NCBI GenBank assembly: GCA_038087875.1
Contig: JAXLNO010000446.1
Coordinates: 1 to 64,000 of the forward strand
Source of the DNA: Malacoraja senta
Taxonomy: Eukaryota
Reading direction: 5' to 3'
Length of the DNA: 64,000 nucleotides
In this document: in pieces, positions 20,607 through 32,940 of the stretch
How positions within the stretch are numbered: the first letter of the stretch is position 1
How the letters are laid out: each line of letters begins with the position of its first letter
Position numbers and translations under genes: made by a program
Notes under the pieces: model-generated
The model's database searches: none
Told to the model about the DNA's origin: nothing
What the model saw: the letters and a program-made list of their open reading frames with translations, nothing else

Positions 20607-23589
20607 TCAGTATCCCATCCCTGCCTTCTCTCCATACCCCCTGATCCCTTTAGCCACAAGGGCCACATCTAACTCCCTCTTAAATATAGCCAATGACTGG
20701 CCTCAACTACCTTCTGTGGCAGAGAATTCCACAGATTCACCACTCTCTGTGTGAAAAATGATTTTCTCATCTCGGTCCTAAAAGTCTTCCCTCTTATCCT
20801 TAAACCGTGACCCCTAGTTCTGGACTTCCCCAACATCGGGAATTATCTTCCTGCATCTAGCCTGTCCAACCCCTTAAGAATTTTGTAAGTTTCTATAAGA
20901 TCCCCCCTCAATCTTCTGAATTCCAACGTGTACAAGCCGAGTCTATCCAGTCTTTCCTCATATGAAATTCCTGCCATCCCAGGAATCAGTCTGGTGAACC
21001 TTCTCTGTACTCCCTCTATGGCAAGAATGTCTTTCCTCAGATTAGGAGACCAAAACTGTACGCAATACTCCAGGTGTGTTCTCACTAAGACCCTGTACAA
21101 CTGCAGTAGAACCTCCCTGCTCTTATACTCAAATCCTTTTGCTATGAATGCTAACATACCATTTGCTTTCTTCACTGCCTGCTGCACCTGCATGCCTACT
21201 TTCAATGACTGGTGTACCATGACACCCAGGTCTCGTTGCATCTCCCCTTTTCCTAATCGGCCACCATTCAGATAATAGTCTACTTTCCTGTTTTTGCCAC
21301 CAAAGTGGATAACCTCACATTTATCCACATTATACTGCATCTGCCATGCATTTGCCCACTCACCCAACCTATCCAAGTCACCTTGCAGCCTCCTAGCATC
21401 CTCCTCACAGCTAACACTGCCCCCAGCTTAGTGTCATCCGCAAACTTGGAGATGTTGCATTCAATTCCCTCATCCAGATCATTAATATATATTGTAAATA
21501 ACTGGGGTCCCAGCACTGAGCCTTGCGGTACCCCACTAGTCACTGCCTGCCATTCTGAAAAGGACCCGTTTACTCCTAATCTTTGCTTCCTGTCTGCCAG
21601 CCAGTTCTCTATCCACATCAATACTGAACCCCCAATACCATGTGCTTTAAGTTTGTATGCTAATCTCTTATGTGGGACCTTGTCGAAAGCCTTCTGAAAG
21701 TCCAGATATAACACATCCACTGGTTCTCCCTTATCCACTCTACTAGTTACATCCTCGAAAAATTCTATAAGATTCGTCAGACATGATTTACCTTTCATAA
21801 ATCCATGCTGACTTTGTCCAATGAACTCACCACTTTCCAAATGTGCTGCTATCCCATCTTTAATAATTGACTCCAGAATTTTCCCCACCACCGATGTTAG
21901 ACTAACTGGTCTGTAATTCACCGTTTTCTCTCTCCCTCCCTTTTTAAAAAGTGGGGTTACATTAGCTACCCTCCAGTCCTCAGGAACTACTCCAGAATCT
22001 AAAGAGTTTTGAAAAATTATCACTAATGCATCCACTATTTCTGCAGCTACTTCCTTAAGTACTCTGGGATGCAACTTATCCGGCCCTGGGGATTTATCGG
22101 CCTTCAATCCATTCAATTTACCTAACACCACTTCCCGGCTAACCTGGATTTCACTCAGTTCCTCCATCTCATTTAACCCCCGGTCCCTTGCTATTTCCGG
22201 CAGATTATTTATGTCTTCCTTAGTGAAGACAGAACCAAAGTAATTATTCAATTGGTCCGCCATGTCCTTGTTCCCCATGATCAATTCACCTGTTTCTGAC
22301 TGCAAGGGACCTACATTTGTTTCAACTGATCTTTTCCTCTTGACATATCTATACAAACTTTTGCAGTCAGTTTTTATGTTTCCTGCCAGTTTTCTTTCAT
22401 AATCTATTTTCCCTTTCCTAATTAAACCCTTTGTCCTCCTCTGCTGGACTCTGAATTTCTCCCAGTCCTCCGGTAGGCTGCTTGTTCTGGCTAATTTGTA
22501 GGCTTCCTCTTTTGTTTTGATACTATCCCTGATTTCCCTTGTTATCCACGGATGCACTACCTTCCCTGATTTATTCTTTTGCCAAACTGGGATGGACACT
22601 TGTTGTAGTTCATCCATGCAGTTTTTAAATGCCTTCCATTGCATATCCACCGTCAACCCTTTAAGAATCATTGGCCAGTCTCTCTTGGCCAATTCACGTC
22701 TCACACCCTCAAAGTCACCTTTCTTTAAGTTCAGGACCTTTGTTTCTGAATTAACAATGTCACTCTCCATCCTAATGAAGAACTCAACCATATTATGGTC
22801 ACTCTTGCCCAAGGGGCCACGCACAACAAGACTGCTAACTAACCCTTCCTCATTACTCAATACCCAGTCTAGAATAGCCTGCTCTCTCGTTAGTTCCTCT
22901 ACATGTTGGTTTAGATAACTATCCCGCATACATTCCAAGAAATCCTCTTCCTCATCACCCCAGCCAATTTGATTCACCCAATCTATATGTAGATTGAAGT
23001 CACCCATTATAACTGTTTTACCTTTGTTGAACGCATTTCTAATTTCCTGTTTGATGCCATCCCCAACTCCACTACTACTGTTAGGTGGCCGGTACACAGC
23101 ACCCACTAGCGTTTTCTGACCCTTAGTGTTTCGCAGCTCTACCCATACCGATTCCACATCCTCCAAGCTAATGTCCTTCCTTTCTATTGTGTTAATCTCC
23201 TCTCTAACCAGCAACGCTACGCCACCTCCTTTTCCTTTCTGTCTATCCCACCTGAATATTGAATATCCATGAATGTTCAGCTCCCAGCCTTGGTCACCCT
23301 GGATCCATGTCTCCGTGATCCCAACTATATCAGATTCATTAATAACCATCTGCACATTCAACTCATCCACCTTATTACGAATGCTCCTTGCATTAAGATA
23401 CAAAGCCTTCAGGCTTGTCTTTACAACACTCTTACCCCTTATACAATTATGTTGAAAAGTGGCCCTTTTTGATTTTTGCCCAGGTTTTGTCTGCCTGCCA
23501 CTTTTACTTTTCACCTTGCTACCTATTGCTTCTACCCTCATTTTACACCCCTCTGCCTCTCTGCTCTTGCACCCATCACCCAGCCACAT
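20607..23589 (-). pseudogene. CR1 ORF2 (APE-RT), frameshifted
   Basis: 769-aa ORF runs to FADDTKLG, then a frameshift near 21420. It continues in 20843..21376 with a further stop at 20843. Confidence 0.9.
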
Positions 23590-24553
23590 TAGTTTAAATC
23601 CTCCCCGACAGCACTAGCAAACACTCCCCCAAGGACATTGGTTCCATTCCAGCCCAGATGCAGACCGTCCTGTTTGTACTGGTCCTACCTCCCCCAGAAC
23701 TGGTTCCAATGCCCTAAAAATTTGAATCCCTCCCCCTTGCACCATTTTTCAAGCCACGTATTCATCTGCAATATCCTTCTATTTCTACTCTGACTGGCCC
23801 GTGGCACTGGTAGTAATCCAGAGATTATTACCTTTGAGGTCCTACTTTTAAGTTTATCTCCTAGCTCCCTAAATTCACCTTGTAGGACCTCATCCCTTTT
23901 TTTACCTATATCGTTGGTGCCAATATGCACCACGACAACTGGCTGTTCACCCTCCCCCTCCAGAATGTTCTGCAGCCGTTCAGTGACATCCCTGACCCTT
24001 GCACCAGGGAGGCAACATACCATCCTGGAGTCTCGTTTGCGGCCGCAGAAACGCCTATCTATTCCCCTTACAATTGAATCCCCTATTACTATTGCCCTTC
24101 CACTCTTTTTTCCCCCCTCCTGTGCCACAGAGCCACCCATGGTGCCATGAACTTGGCTGCTGCTGCCTTCCCCTGATGAGCCATCTCCCCTGATGAGCCA
24201 TCTCCCCCAACTGTATCCAAAATGGTATACCTGTTTAGGAGGGAGATGACCGCAGGGAACTCCTGCACTACCTGCCTACTGCTTTGCTGACTATTGGCCA
24301 CCCGTTCACTTTCTGTCCTCTTACCTTTTACCTGCGGTGTGACCAACTCACTGTACGTACTATTCACGACTTTCTCAGCATCGTGGATGCTCCAATATGA
24401 ATCCAACCGCAGCTCCAATCGTTCAATGCGGTCTGCCAGGAGCTGCAGCTGGACACACTTCCTGCAAACGTAGTCACCAGGGACACCGACCATATCCCTG
24501 ATCTCCCACATGTTGCAGGCTGAGCAAACCACGGGGCCAATCTCCACTGACAT
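23590..24553 (-). pseudogene. CR1 ORF1 (CxxC...CxxC/leucine zipper + SGNH esterase)
   Basis: CSAC...CRKCVQLQLLADRIERLELRL, IGDSIVRG and HIGTND. Frameshifted by a 17-bp tandem duplication at ~24171-24204, with a stop at 23685. Confidence 0.85.
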
Positions 24554-26014
24554 AGCTTACTCCCAAATTAACTCCATATTAAAAAAATTTTTTTTAAATA
24601 TTGTCAGCTCTAGGACCAGCAATATTAGATGGCTGCTCAGGAAGTTTTCTCCATTCTGTGTTTGAAATCCAAACTTCCGGAAGGATTGTTATCTCTGGAG
24701 CATCGGATTTTGAGGGAAGGCCTGACAATATGTATCATTATGAGAAGCATAGATCGGGTAGACAGTCAGAACCTTTTCCCCAGGATGGAAATATTCTACA
24801 CCAAAGGGCATAGCTATAATGGAAGAGGGGGAAAGTTTTACACAGAGGGTGGTGGGTGCATAGAACATGCTGCCAGGGGTGGTGGTGGTGGCTGATACAA
24901 TGGTGGCATTGAAGAGATTTTGGATAGGCAAATGGAAATGTTTGGAATGGAGGGATATGGATCATGTACAAGCAGATAAGACTTGGTCCTGCCGTCATGT
25001 TCAGCGCGGACATTGTGGGCCGAAGGGCCTGTTCCAGTGCTGTACTGTTCTATGTTCAGTTTTCAGTGCTCTACATTCCATGTTCCCATCTGTGAAGCGT
25101 TTCTGAACCAAACACGGCGTGCATTTTCACATGATGCAGGCTTACATCTTCATAAACTTACAGAAGGACCACGGCAAGGCTGGGACTACCCCAACATTGA
25201 AGAAATGTTTAGACAGGTACATGGATAGGACATGGATAGGAGGGACATGGACCAAACGCAGGCTGGTCGGACAAGTGTAGATGGGACGTGAAGGACTGTT
25301 TCCACATTGTATCACTCTGTCGCACTTGTTGTATAACTGAATGAATGAATGAATGAATGAATAAGTTTATTGGCCGAGTATTCACAACCTTGGTGCAAAT
25401 TGTCTGGTGAATCACGGGAGTCTTTCTCCACACTGTGAATGACGTAAACAAGGATCAAGAACAACAGCATTGATGTACAGAGAGACCCTGGCATCCAAGT
25501 ACACAGCTCCCTGAAAGTGGCAACACGATTAGATCGAGTGGTAAAGAAGGTGTAAGATGTGCGTGCCTCATCGGTCGGGGCAGTGAGTATAAGAGTCACA
25601 AACTCACGACGCAGATCTAAAGGACTTTGGTGAGGCCACAGTTGGAGTATTGTGGACAGTTCTGGTCACCCCATTACAGGAAGGATGTGGAGGCTTTGGA
25701 GAGGGTGCAGGTTTAACAGAATGATGCCTGGATTAGAGGGCTTCAGCTACAGGGAGAGGTTGCAGGGAGACCTGACAGAAGTATATAACATTATGTGGCA
25801 TAGATATGGTAGACAGTCTCAACCTTTTTCCCTGGGTGGAAATGTCTAAATCCAAAGGCCACAGCTGTAAGGTGAGAGGGGCAAAGTTTAAAGGTGACGT
25901 GTGGGACAAGTGTTTTACACAGAGGGTGCTGGGTGCCTGGGAATGTGCTCCCAGGGGTGGTGGTGGAGGCAGATACGATAGTGGTGTTTATGGGGCTTTT
26001 GGACAGGCACATGG

Positions 26015-26478
26015 ATTCTTGCTATTGAGGGAGTGCAGCGTAGGTTTACAAGGTTAATTCCCAGGATGGCGGGACTGTCATATTCTGAGAGAATGGAGCA
26101 GCTGGGCTTGTACACTCTGGAGTTTAGAAAGATGAGAGGGAATCTCATTGAATCATATAAGATTGTTTGGGGCTTGGACACGCTAGAGGCAGGAAACATG
26201 TTCCCGATGTTGGAGGAGTCCAGAACCAGGGGCCACAGTTTAAGGATAAGCCACAGTTTAAGCCATTTACAACGGAGACGAGGAAACACTTTTTCTCACA
26301 GAGGGCGGTGGAGGCCGGTTCTCTGGATGCTTTCAAGAGAGAGCTAGATAGGGCTCTTAAAAATAGCGGAGTCAGGGGATATGGGGAGAAGGCAGGAACG
26401 GGGTACTGATTGGGGATGATCAGCCATAATCACATTGAATGGCGGTGCTGGCTCGAAGGGCCGAATGTCCTACTCCTC
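26015..26478 (+). mobile_element. CR1 3' fragment; mirror ~48660-49117
   Basis: ORFs 26033..26347 and 26167..26409. Confidence 0.85.
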
Positions 26479-26959
26479 GATATATAGGGAATGGAGGGAT
26501 ATGGATCACAGAGGAGATGAGTTTAACTTGGCATCATGTTCGGCATGGACATTGTGGGCCGAAGGGCCTGTTCCTGTGCTGTACAGTTGTTCTATGTTCA
26601 ATGCTCTACATTCTATGTTCCCACCTTTGAAGCATTTCTGAACCCAAACACGCCTTGCATGATACGAACTTACATCTTCATAAACATAAAGAAGGCTAAC
26701 ACTTGACAAATGCTTTGAAGTGAAGCGCTTGTTGTATAACTAATTCACAGGAGTCTTTCTCCACACTGTGGATTTTGTAAACAAGGATGAAGAAATGGCC
26801 AGTTTAGTGCATCTTGTGGGGGTGGGCCCCACACTGCATGAAGACTTGTGGCTCTCAGCCACTCACTGCTCGGACACAAGGCTCTGCCATCACATATTTT
26901 GCAGATATGAAAGTTTCTGTGTAAAATGCAGCAGCCACATGTCCCCACATCGTCAGCTG

Positions 26960-27180
26960 AACCACAGCGGGTAGAGTTGATGCCTCACAGCACCAGAGAC
27001 CCCGGTTCCATCCTGACTACAGGTGCTGTCTGTATGGAGTTTGTACGCTCTCCCCGTGACTGTGTGGGTTTTCTCCGGGTGTTCCGGTTTGCTCCCACAC
27101 TCCAAAATTGTAAATTGTCCTCAGTGTACAGGTGTTCGATGGTCAGCACAGACTCGGTGGGCCGAAGGGCCTGTTTCCAA
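26960..27180 (+). mobile_element. HE1/V-SINE-type SINE
   Basis: gtagagttgatgcctcacagcaccagagac head plus V-domain. Confidence 0.8.
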
Positions 27181-27485
27181 CTCTGAGTTTATTGTCACAT
27201 GTATCGAGGTACAGTGAAAAGCCTTTGTTGCGTGTTAACCAGTCAGCAGAAAAACAATACATGATTACAATCGACCCACTTACAGTGTACAGATACATGA
27301 TAAGGGAATAGCGTTTAGTGCAAGATAAAGCCAGCAAAGTCCGATCAAAGATAATCCGATGGTCCCAGACTAAACTAAGAATGCTCTCTGCTCTCAGCTA
27401 CAGTCCCCAATGTTTGGCACTTTCATTAAGATGACTAACTAACTTAAAGAGGCAGACATCACAAAGGTAACACAATAAGAATTAG

Positions 27486-27644
27486 GCAACGTTTTGGGCC
27501 GAAACCCTTCTTCAGGGTCTGAAGAAGGGTTTCGGCCCGAAACGTTGCCTATTTCCTTCGCTCCATAGATGCTGCCGCAACCACTGAGTTTCTCCAGCAT
27601 TTTTGTGTACCTTCGATTTTCCAGCATCTGCAGTTCCTTCTTAA
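27486..27644 (+). mobile_element. Penelope-derived element with short 5' fold-back and hammerhead-like motif; mirror ~47515-47663
   Basis: 14-bp TSD acaataagaattag (27472-27485, 27645-27658). Confidence 0.8.
27515..27550 (+). ncRNA. Putative minimal type I hammerhead ribozyme
   Basis: gggt-CTGAAGA-A-GGG(TTTCGG)CCC-GAAAC-GTT-gcct. gggt/gcct can form a 4-bp stem I with G.U pairs. Confidence 0.55.
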
Positions 27645-28280
27645 ACAATAAGAATTAGATTTGATTTTTCAGGGCTTACACGTGGGAACATTGCCACTTT
27701 GTATGGGGAACAGCTCATTTGTGTTGATATCTGATATCAAAGATACAATATCAACGGCTGAAAGCCTTTTGAAGTCAGGGATTCATTTTAAAGCAGTGGT
27801 ATGTCCAGCATTTAGTAATTGGATCTTTCAAGTTGCAGTTTAAATATTGTTATAGTAGCTGCCTTAACTTCCTTCCCAGGCAGCTCGTGCCATATACCCT
27901 CCACTCTCTGTGTGAAAAGGGTGCCCTTTAGGATCCAATTCAATCTTGCCCCCACCTTAAACTTGTGGTTGAAGAAGGAGCAAGAATGTTGCACTCCTGC
28001 TGTTGGGCCAGACAGGAGGAGACACAGCATTGTTGGCACTGATGGCTTCTAACACATTGCATCGTCCAATAATTCATGGTGATGGTTCCGGTTAAGATAT
28101 TCTGCCTAGGAGACCACCTGAGATGCTGCGGTGAGGGGCAGCCGGGAATAAGGGGATGTAAGAGTCCAGAAAACGCCATTAGCCTTCTGCACTCAAGCTC
28201 GATTGGAGCGGAGAAGTGTGAAGGCTGACAGCTCGTAAAATGGGGCTGCAGACTCCGTGGCCCTGATGCCATCTTCCCTG

Positions 28281-28765
28281 GTTTAGTTTATTGTCACATG
28301 TACCGTGGTTCAGTGAAAAGCTTTTGTTGCGTGCTAACCAGTCAGCGGAAAGACAATACATGATTACAATCGAGCCGTCCACAGTGTACAGATACATGAT
28401 AAGGGAATAACGTTTAGTGCAAGGTAAAGCCACCAAAGTCCGATCAAAGATAGTCCGAGGGTCACCAATGAGGTAGATGGTAGTTCAGCACTGCTCTCTG
28501 GTTGTGGTAGGATGGTTCAGTTGCCTGATAACAGCTGGGAAGAAACTGTCCCTGAATCTGGAGGTGTGCGTTTTCACACTTCTGTAACTTTAGCGTGATG
28601 GGAGAGGGGAGAAGAGGGAGTGGCCAGGGGTGCGACTGGTCCTTGATTATGCTGCTGGCCTTGCCGAGGCAGCGTGAGGTGTAGATGGAGTCAATGGAAG
28701 GGAGGTTGGTTTGTGTGATGGGCTGGGCTGGGCTGCGTCCACAATTCACTGCAATTTCCTGCGGT
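28281..28765 (-). mobile_element. Rex1/Babar-like 3' fragment with the abundant (AAACT)n-tailed UTR
   Basis: ORF 28462..28749- (LPSIDSIYTSRCLGKASSIIKDQSHP). The same UTR recurs many times in the window. Confidence 0.75.
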
Positions 28766-29134
28766 TCCAGTGAGTTGCCTCATTCTGCGAGAAACGGAAG
28801 TGAATTCCGTCTCTAATCCAGTCAGAGTTGGCGTTTAATGTCATTACCCTTGGGACCGGGCCCTGCTGAAACTGCCAGGGCTGCTGGCTACCTTTTGTTT
28901 TAAACTATCAACGTGATTAATCGCACATGATGCTCACTCCCCTCGGTCAATTCAATAGAACATCCATTCAGAATCTGAAGCAGACAGTCGCAGTCCCTGC
29001 ACCCAGACAACTGACTCACATTTTAAATTGACTGCCAGCTGCCTCCGTACTTTCCAATGACAGCAATGAATCAGTAGATGTGTAGAAAGGAACTGCAGAT
29101 GCTGCTTTATACCGAAGATGGAAAAAGGGACATG

Positions 29135-29597
29135 AGTGCTGGAGTAACTCAGCGGGTCAGGGGCAGCATCTGTGGAGAACATGGATAGGTGACGTTTCAC
29201 AGAGTGCTGGAGTAACTCAGCGGGTCAGGCAGCATCTGTGGAGAACATGGATAGGTGACGTTTCACAGAGTGCTGGAGTAACTCAGCGGGTCAGGCAGCA
29301 TCTGTGGAGCGAAGGAAATGGGCAACCTTTCGGGCCGAAACCCTGAAGGAAACAGGCAACGTTTTGGGCCGAAACCCGGAAAGGTTTCGGGCCGAAACGT
29401 TGCCTATTTCCTTCGCTCTATAGATGCTGCCGGAACATGGATAGGTGACGTTTCACAGAGTGCTGGAGTAACTCAGCGGGTCAGGCAGCATCTATGGAGA
29501 ACATGGATAGGTGACGTTTCACAGAGTGCTGGAGTAACTCAGCGGGTCAGGCAGCATCTGTGGAGAACATGGATAGGTGACGTTTCACAGAGTGCTG
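29135..29597. repeat. 66-bp tandem array with embedded fold-back cassette; mirror ~45683-46025
   Basis: Unit gcagcatctgtggagaacatggataggtgacgtttcacagagtgctggagtaactcagcgggtcag, with the cassette at ~29308-29432. Confidence 0.92.
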
Positions 29598-29990
29598 ATG
29601 CTGCCTGACCCGCTGAGTTACTCCAGCATTCTGTGCCCTTTTGTTTATTGACCAGCATCTGCCATTATTTGACACCATCATATCGTCCGTTATTACAAAG
29701 GTTTATTATACTGCACAGGATCAGGCCCTTCTGCCCACAATGTCCGTGCTGAACACGATGCCAAGATGAACTAATCTCCTCTGCCTGCACGTGATCCATA
29801 TCCCTCCATTCCCTACCTATCTATGTGCCTATCTCAAAGCCTGTTGGACACCATATCTGCCTCGACCACCACCCCTGGACTCTCAATCTCTGTGTGAGAC
29901 AACCCCATTCCACTTTTCCCCTCTCACTTTAACGCTTGGCCCTCTAGACTTTGATATTTCCATCCTAGATAAACAGATGAATATACCAAA

Positions 29991-30117
29991 TGAAGAAGGG
30001 TCTTGAACCGAAACGTCACCTATTCCTTCGCTCCATAGATGCTGCCTCACCCGCTGGGTTTCTCCAGAATTTTTGTCTACCTTCGATTTTTCCAGCATCT
30101 GCAGTTCTTTCTTAAAC
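29991..30117 (+). mobile_element. Penelope-derived short element
   Basis: tgaagaagggtcttgaaccgaaacgtcacc...cagttctttcttaaac. Confidence 0.75.
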
Positions 30118-30654
30118 AAATACACAAAATGCGTCTGTTTATCTCGCCACATGCTTCAGTGCTGGAAATGTTTACAGACACGGGAAACTGCAGAGCAGAC
30201 GATGAGTGTGTAGAAGGGTCCCAGCCTGCAACATTGTCTAGCTGGCTTTAGGTTTGCATGTATTATAGTCATGTGTACTGAGGTAACGTGAAATGCTTTG
30301 TTTTATCCAAACAGATCAGATAATACTATACATGAAGTCAAACTCAAGTACTGTGGCAGCATTGCCTCCATGGATGCTGCCTGACCCACTTTGTGCTTTG
30401 GCAATGCTGATCACCCCACTCCAACTACACAACACACTGCCCATCACAAACCAGAGCACACTGGCTTCATTTGAGAGGGAAAAGATCTAATAGGAAACTT
30501 TTTCACACAGAGGGTGGTGGGTGTATGGAACAAGCTGCCAGAGGAGGTAGATAAGGCAGGTAATATCACAACATTTATAAGACATTTGGACAGGTGCATG
30601 GATAGGACAGGTTTGAAGGGATATGAGCCAAACGCAGGCGGGTGGGACCAGATC

Positions 30655-30755
30655 TTCAGTCTGAAGAAGGATCTCGACCCGAAACGTCAGCCATTCCTTC
30701 TCTCCAGAGATGCTGCCTGTCCCACTGAGTTACTCCCTTTTGTGACTATCTTCAG
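30655..30755 (+). mobile_element. Penelope-derived short element with hammerhead-like motif
   Basis: CTGAAGA-aggatctcgaccc-GAAAC-GTC at 30661-30688, inserted in a CR1 3' UTR. Confidence 0.7.
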
Positions 30756-31373
30756 TGTAGATGGGACATGTTGGTCGGTGTGGACAAGTTGGGCTGCTTC
30801 CATGCTGTAAGACTCTATGATTTCATGCATTTCTGACAAATCTGCAGAGAAATGAAACGTAGTTGACATTTGTGAACTACCATGTACGACAGCAACAACA
30901 GTGGCGTTTTCGAGACATTTGGACAGGCGCGTGGAAGTGCAGGGAATGGTGGGATATGGATCACGTGCAGGCAGAGGAGATTAGTTTAACTTGGCATCAT
31001 GTTCAGCACGGACATTGTGGGCCGAAGGGCCTGTTCCTATTCTATGTTCATGACTTCAAAGTGAAGATTAATATTTCCTACCATTATTTTCAAAGCAAAG
31101 TAACTGTAATGAAAATTGTGAGGAACTTAAAACAAAATTTTAAAAACTGAGAAGAATGTTACCTTTCAGTTATAATATTTACTTAAGCGGTCTTGCAATG
31201 TTTCAGACAGATGTTAGAAACTAAACATATCTGGCGTGTAGCATATTATCTCTGGTTTATTTGTATGGAAGGTATTTCCGACTGCTTTTGATTGCTAGTT
31301 CTCATTTCTTCTGCAGCTTTCAGGACCTGAGGTGGCAGCAATCAAAAGAGACTTTTACTTTAAGGTAGATACA

Positions 31374-32154
31374 AAGTGCTGGAGTAACTCAGCGGGTCAG
31401 GCAGCATCTGTGGAGAACATGGATAGGTGACGTTTCACAGAGTGCTGGAGTAACTCAGCGGGTCAGGCAGCATCTGTGGAGAACATGGATAGGTGACGTT
31501 TCACAGAGTGCTGGAGTAACTCAGCGGGTCAGGCAGCATCTGTGGAGAACATGGATAGGTGACGTTTCACAGAGTGCTGGAGTAACTCAGCGGGTCAGGC
31601 AGCATCTGTGGAGAACATGGATAGGTGACGTTTCACAGAGTGCTGGAGTAACTCAGCGGGTCAGGCAGCATCTGTGGAGCGAAGGAAATGGGCAAACTTT
31701 CGGGCCGAAACCCTGAAGGAAATAGGCAACGTTTCGGGCCGAAACCCGGAAGGGTTTCGGGCCGAAACGTTGCCTATTTCCTTCGCTCCATAGATGCTGC
31801 CGGAACATGGATAGGTGACGTTTCACAGAGTGCTGGAGTAACTCAGCGGGTCAGGCAGCATCTGTGGAGAACATGGATAGGTGACGTTTCACAGAGTGCT
31901 GGAGTAACTCAGCAGGTCAGGCAGCATCTGTGGAGAACATGGATAGGTGACGTTTCACAGAGTGCTGGAGTAACTCAGCGGGTCAGGCAGCATCTGTGGA
32001 GAACATGGATAGGTGACGTTTCACAGAGTGCTGGAGTAACTCAGCAGGTCAGGCAGCATCTGTGGAGAACATGGATAGGTGACGTTTCACAGAGTGCTGG
32101 AGTAACTCAGCGGGTCAGGGAGCATCTGTGGAGAACATGGATAGGTGACGTTTC
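31374..32154. repeat. 66-bp tandem array with embedded fold-back cassette; mirror ~43418-43931
   Basis: Same unit, visible as a 22-aa repeat in ORF 31688..32287, with the cassette at ~31678-31803. Confidence 0.92.
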
Positions 32155-32559
32155 GGGTTGGAACCAGACAGAAATTAGAGAGGAGGGAACTGAAGGTAAG
32201 GAAGGCCAGAACAAATCAGTGCCGGCAACAGATGACCAAGGAAGGGTGGAGCCCACAATGGCCCATTGTTGGCTGGGGAAGAGGTGATTGTGAAGGAATA
32301 CAAGAATGCGAGCAGTGGGATTGGTAGGATGACTAGGGTGGGGGAGGGGGGAGGGCGGGAATGCAAGGGTTACTTGAGATTAGAGGAATGGACGTTCATA
32401 CATCTAGGTTGTAGGCTACCCCAGCAGAATACAAGTTGCTGTTCCTCCACTTTGAGCGTGGCCTCACTCGTGACCGTAGAGGAGGCCCAGGACAAAAATG
32501 TCTGAGCATAAGTGTTCAGCGAAACAATCGCCGAGCCAGAGTTTGGTCTCGCTGATATA
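32155..32559 (-). mobile_element. Penelope-like element 3' end (GIY-YIG remnant + 3' UTR); mirror ~43013-43420
   Basis: Minus strand YISETKLWLGDCFAEHLCS..DIFVLGLL..EATLKVEEQQLVFCWGSLQPRCMNVHSSNLK* (stop 32370). It resembles the YIGET..RL.DRF.EH / LG.LQP.GMN endonuclease end of PLEs. The UTR runs directly into the 66-bp array. Confidence 0.75.
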
Positions 32560-32639
32560 TTCCAGTTGCTTGTTTTACAGTTTGGCCGGTGCGTTATGTG
32601 GGGAAGTGTTCTTTAATGTGCTAAGCCTGGACAGAATGG

Positions 32640-32940
32640 ACATTCTGATCGCCCCGATGCGGAGGGCCTGACCGCCGGCTACGGGGGCCAAGGTCGCCCC
32701 GTCAACGGAAGGCTCGAGGCCCCTAACCGCGGGAGAACAAAGAAGGGAAGAGATTGAACTTTTTTTTTGCCTTCCATCACAGTGAGGAATGTGGAGGAGT
32801 CACTGTGGTGGATGTTCATGTTAAAATGTATCTTGTGTGTTCTGTTGCTTTTTATTAGTATGACTGTACGGCAAATCAAATTCCTCGTATGTTGCAAAAC
32901 ATACTTGTCTAATAAAGTATGATGATGATTATGTTTATGA
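32640..32940 (+). mobile_element. Unclassified SINE/LINE-like 3' fragment (related sequence on - strand ~36690-37330)
   Basis: GC-rich head, gccttccatcacagtg core shared with 37108-37123, and an aataaag(tga)n tail. Confidence 0.45.

Larger units (their letters stand above)
20510..24590 (-). mobile_element. Near-full-length CR1 (ORF1 ZnF + esterase, ORF2 APE-RT), inactivated
   Basis: ORFs 24089..24553-, 23685..24140-, 21280..23589- and 20843..21376-. 3' UTR with (CATAGAAA)n at 20510-20530. Confidence 0.93.

Noticed and set aside
31318..31366. Possible micro-exon (ttcttctgcag ... aag/gtagat)
   Set aside because: The apparent donor belongs to the adjoining Penelope-derived repeat, and no other exons are identifiable.
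31374..32154. Regular repeat array resembling CRISPR, or a 22-aa repeat protein (ORF 31688..32287)
   Set aside because: Head-to-tail 66-bp units with no unique spacers and no cas genes, in a eukaryotic context. The ORF stays open only because 66 is a multiple of 3.
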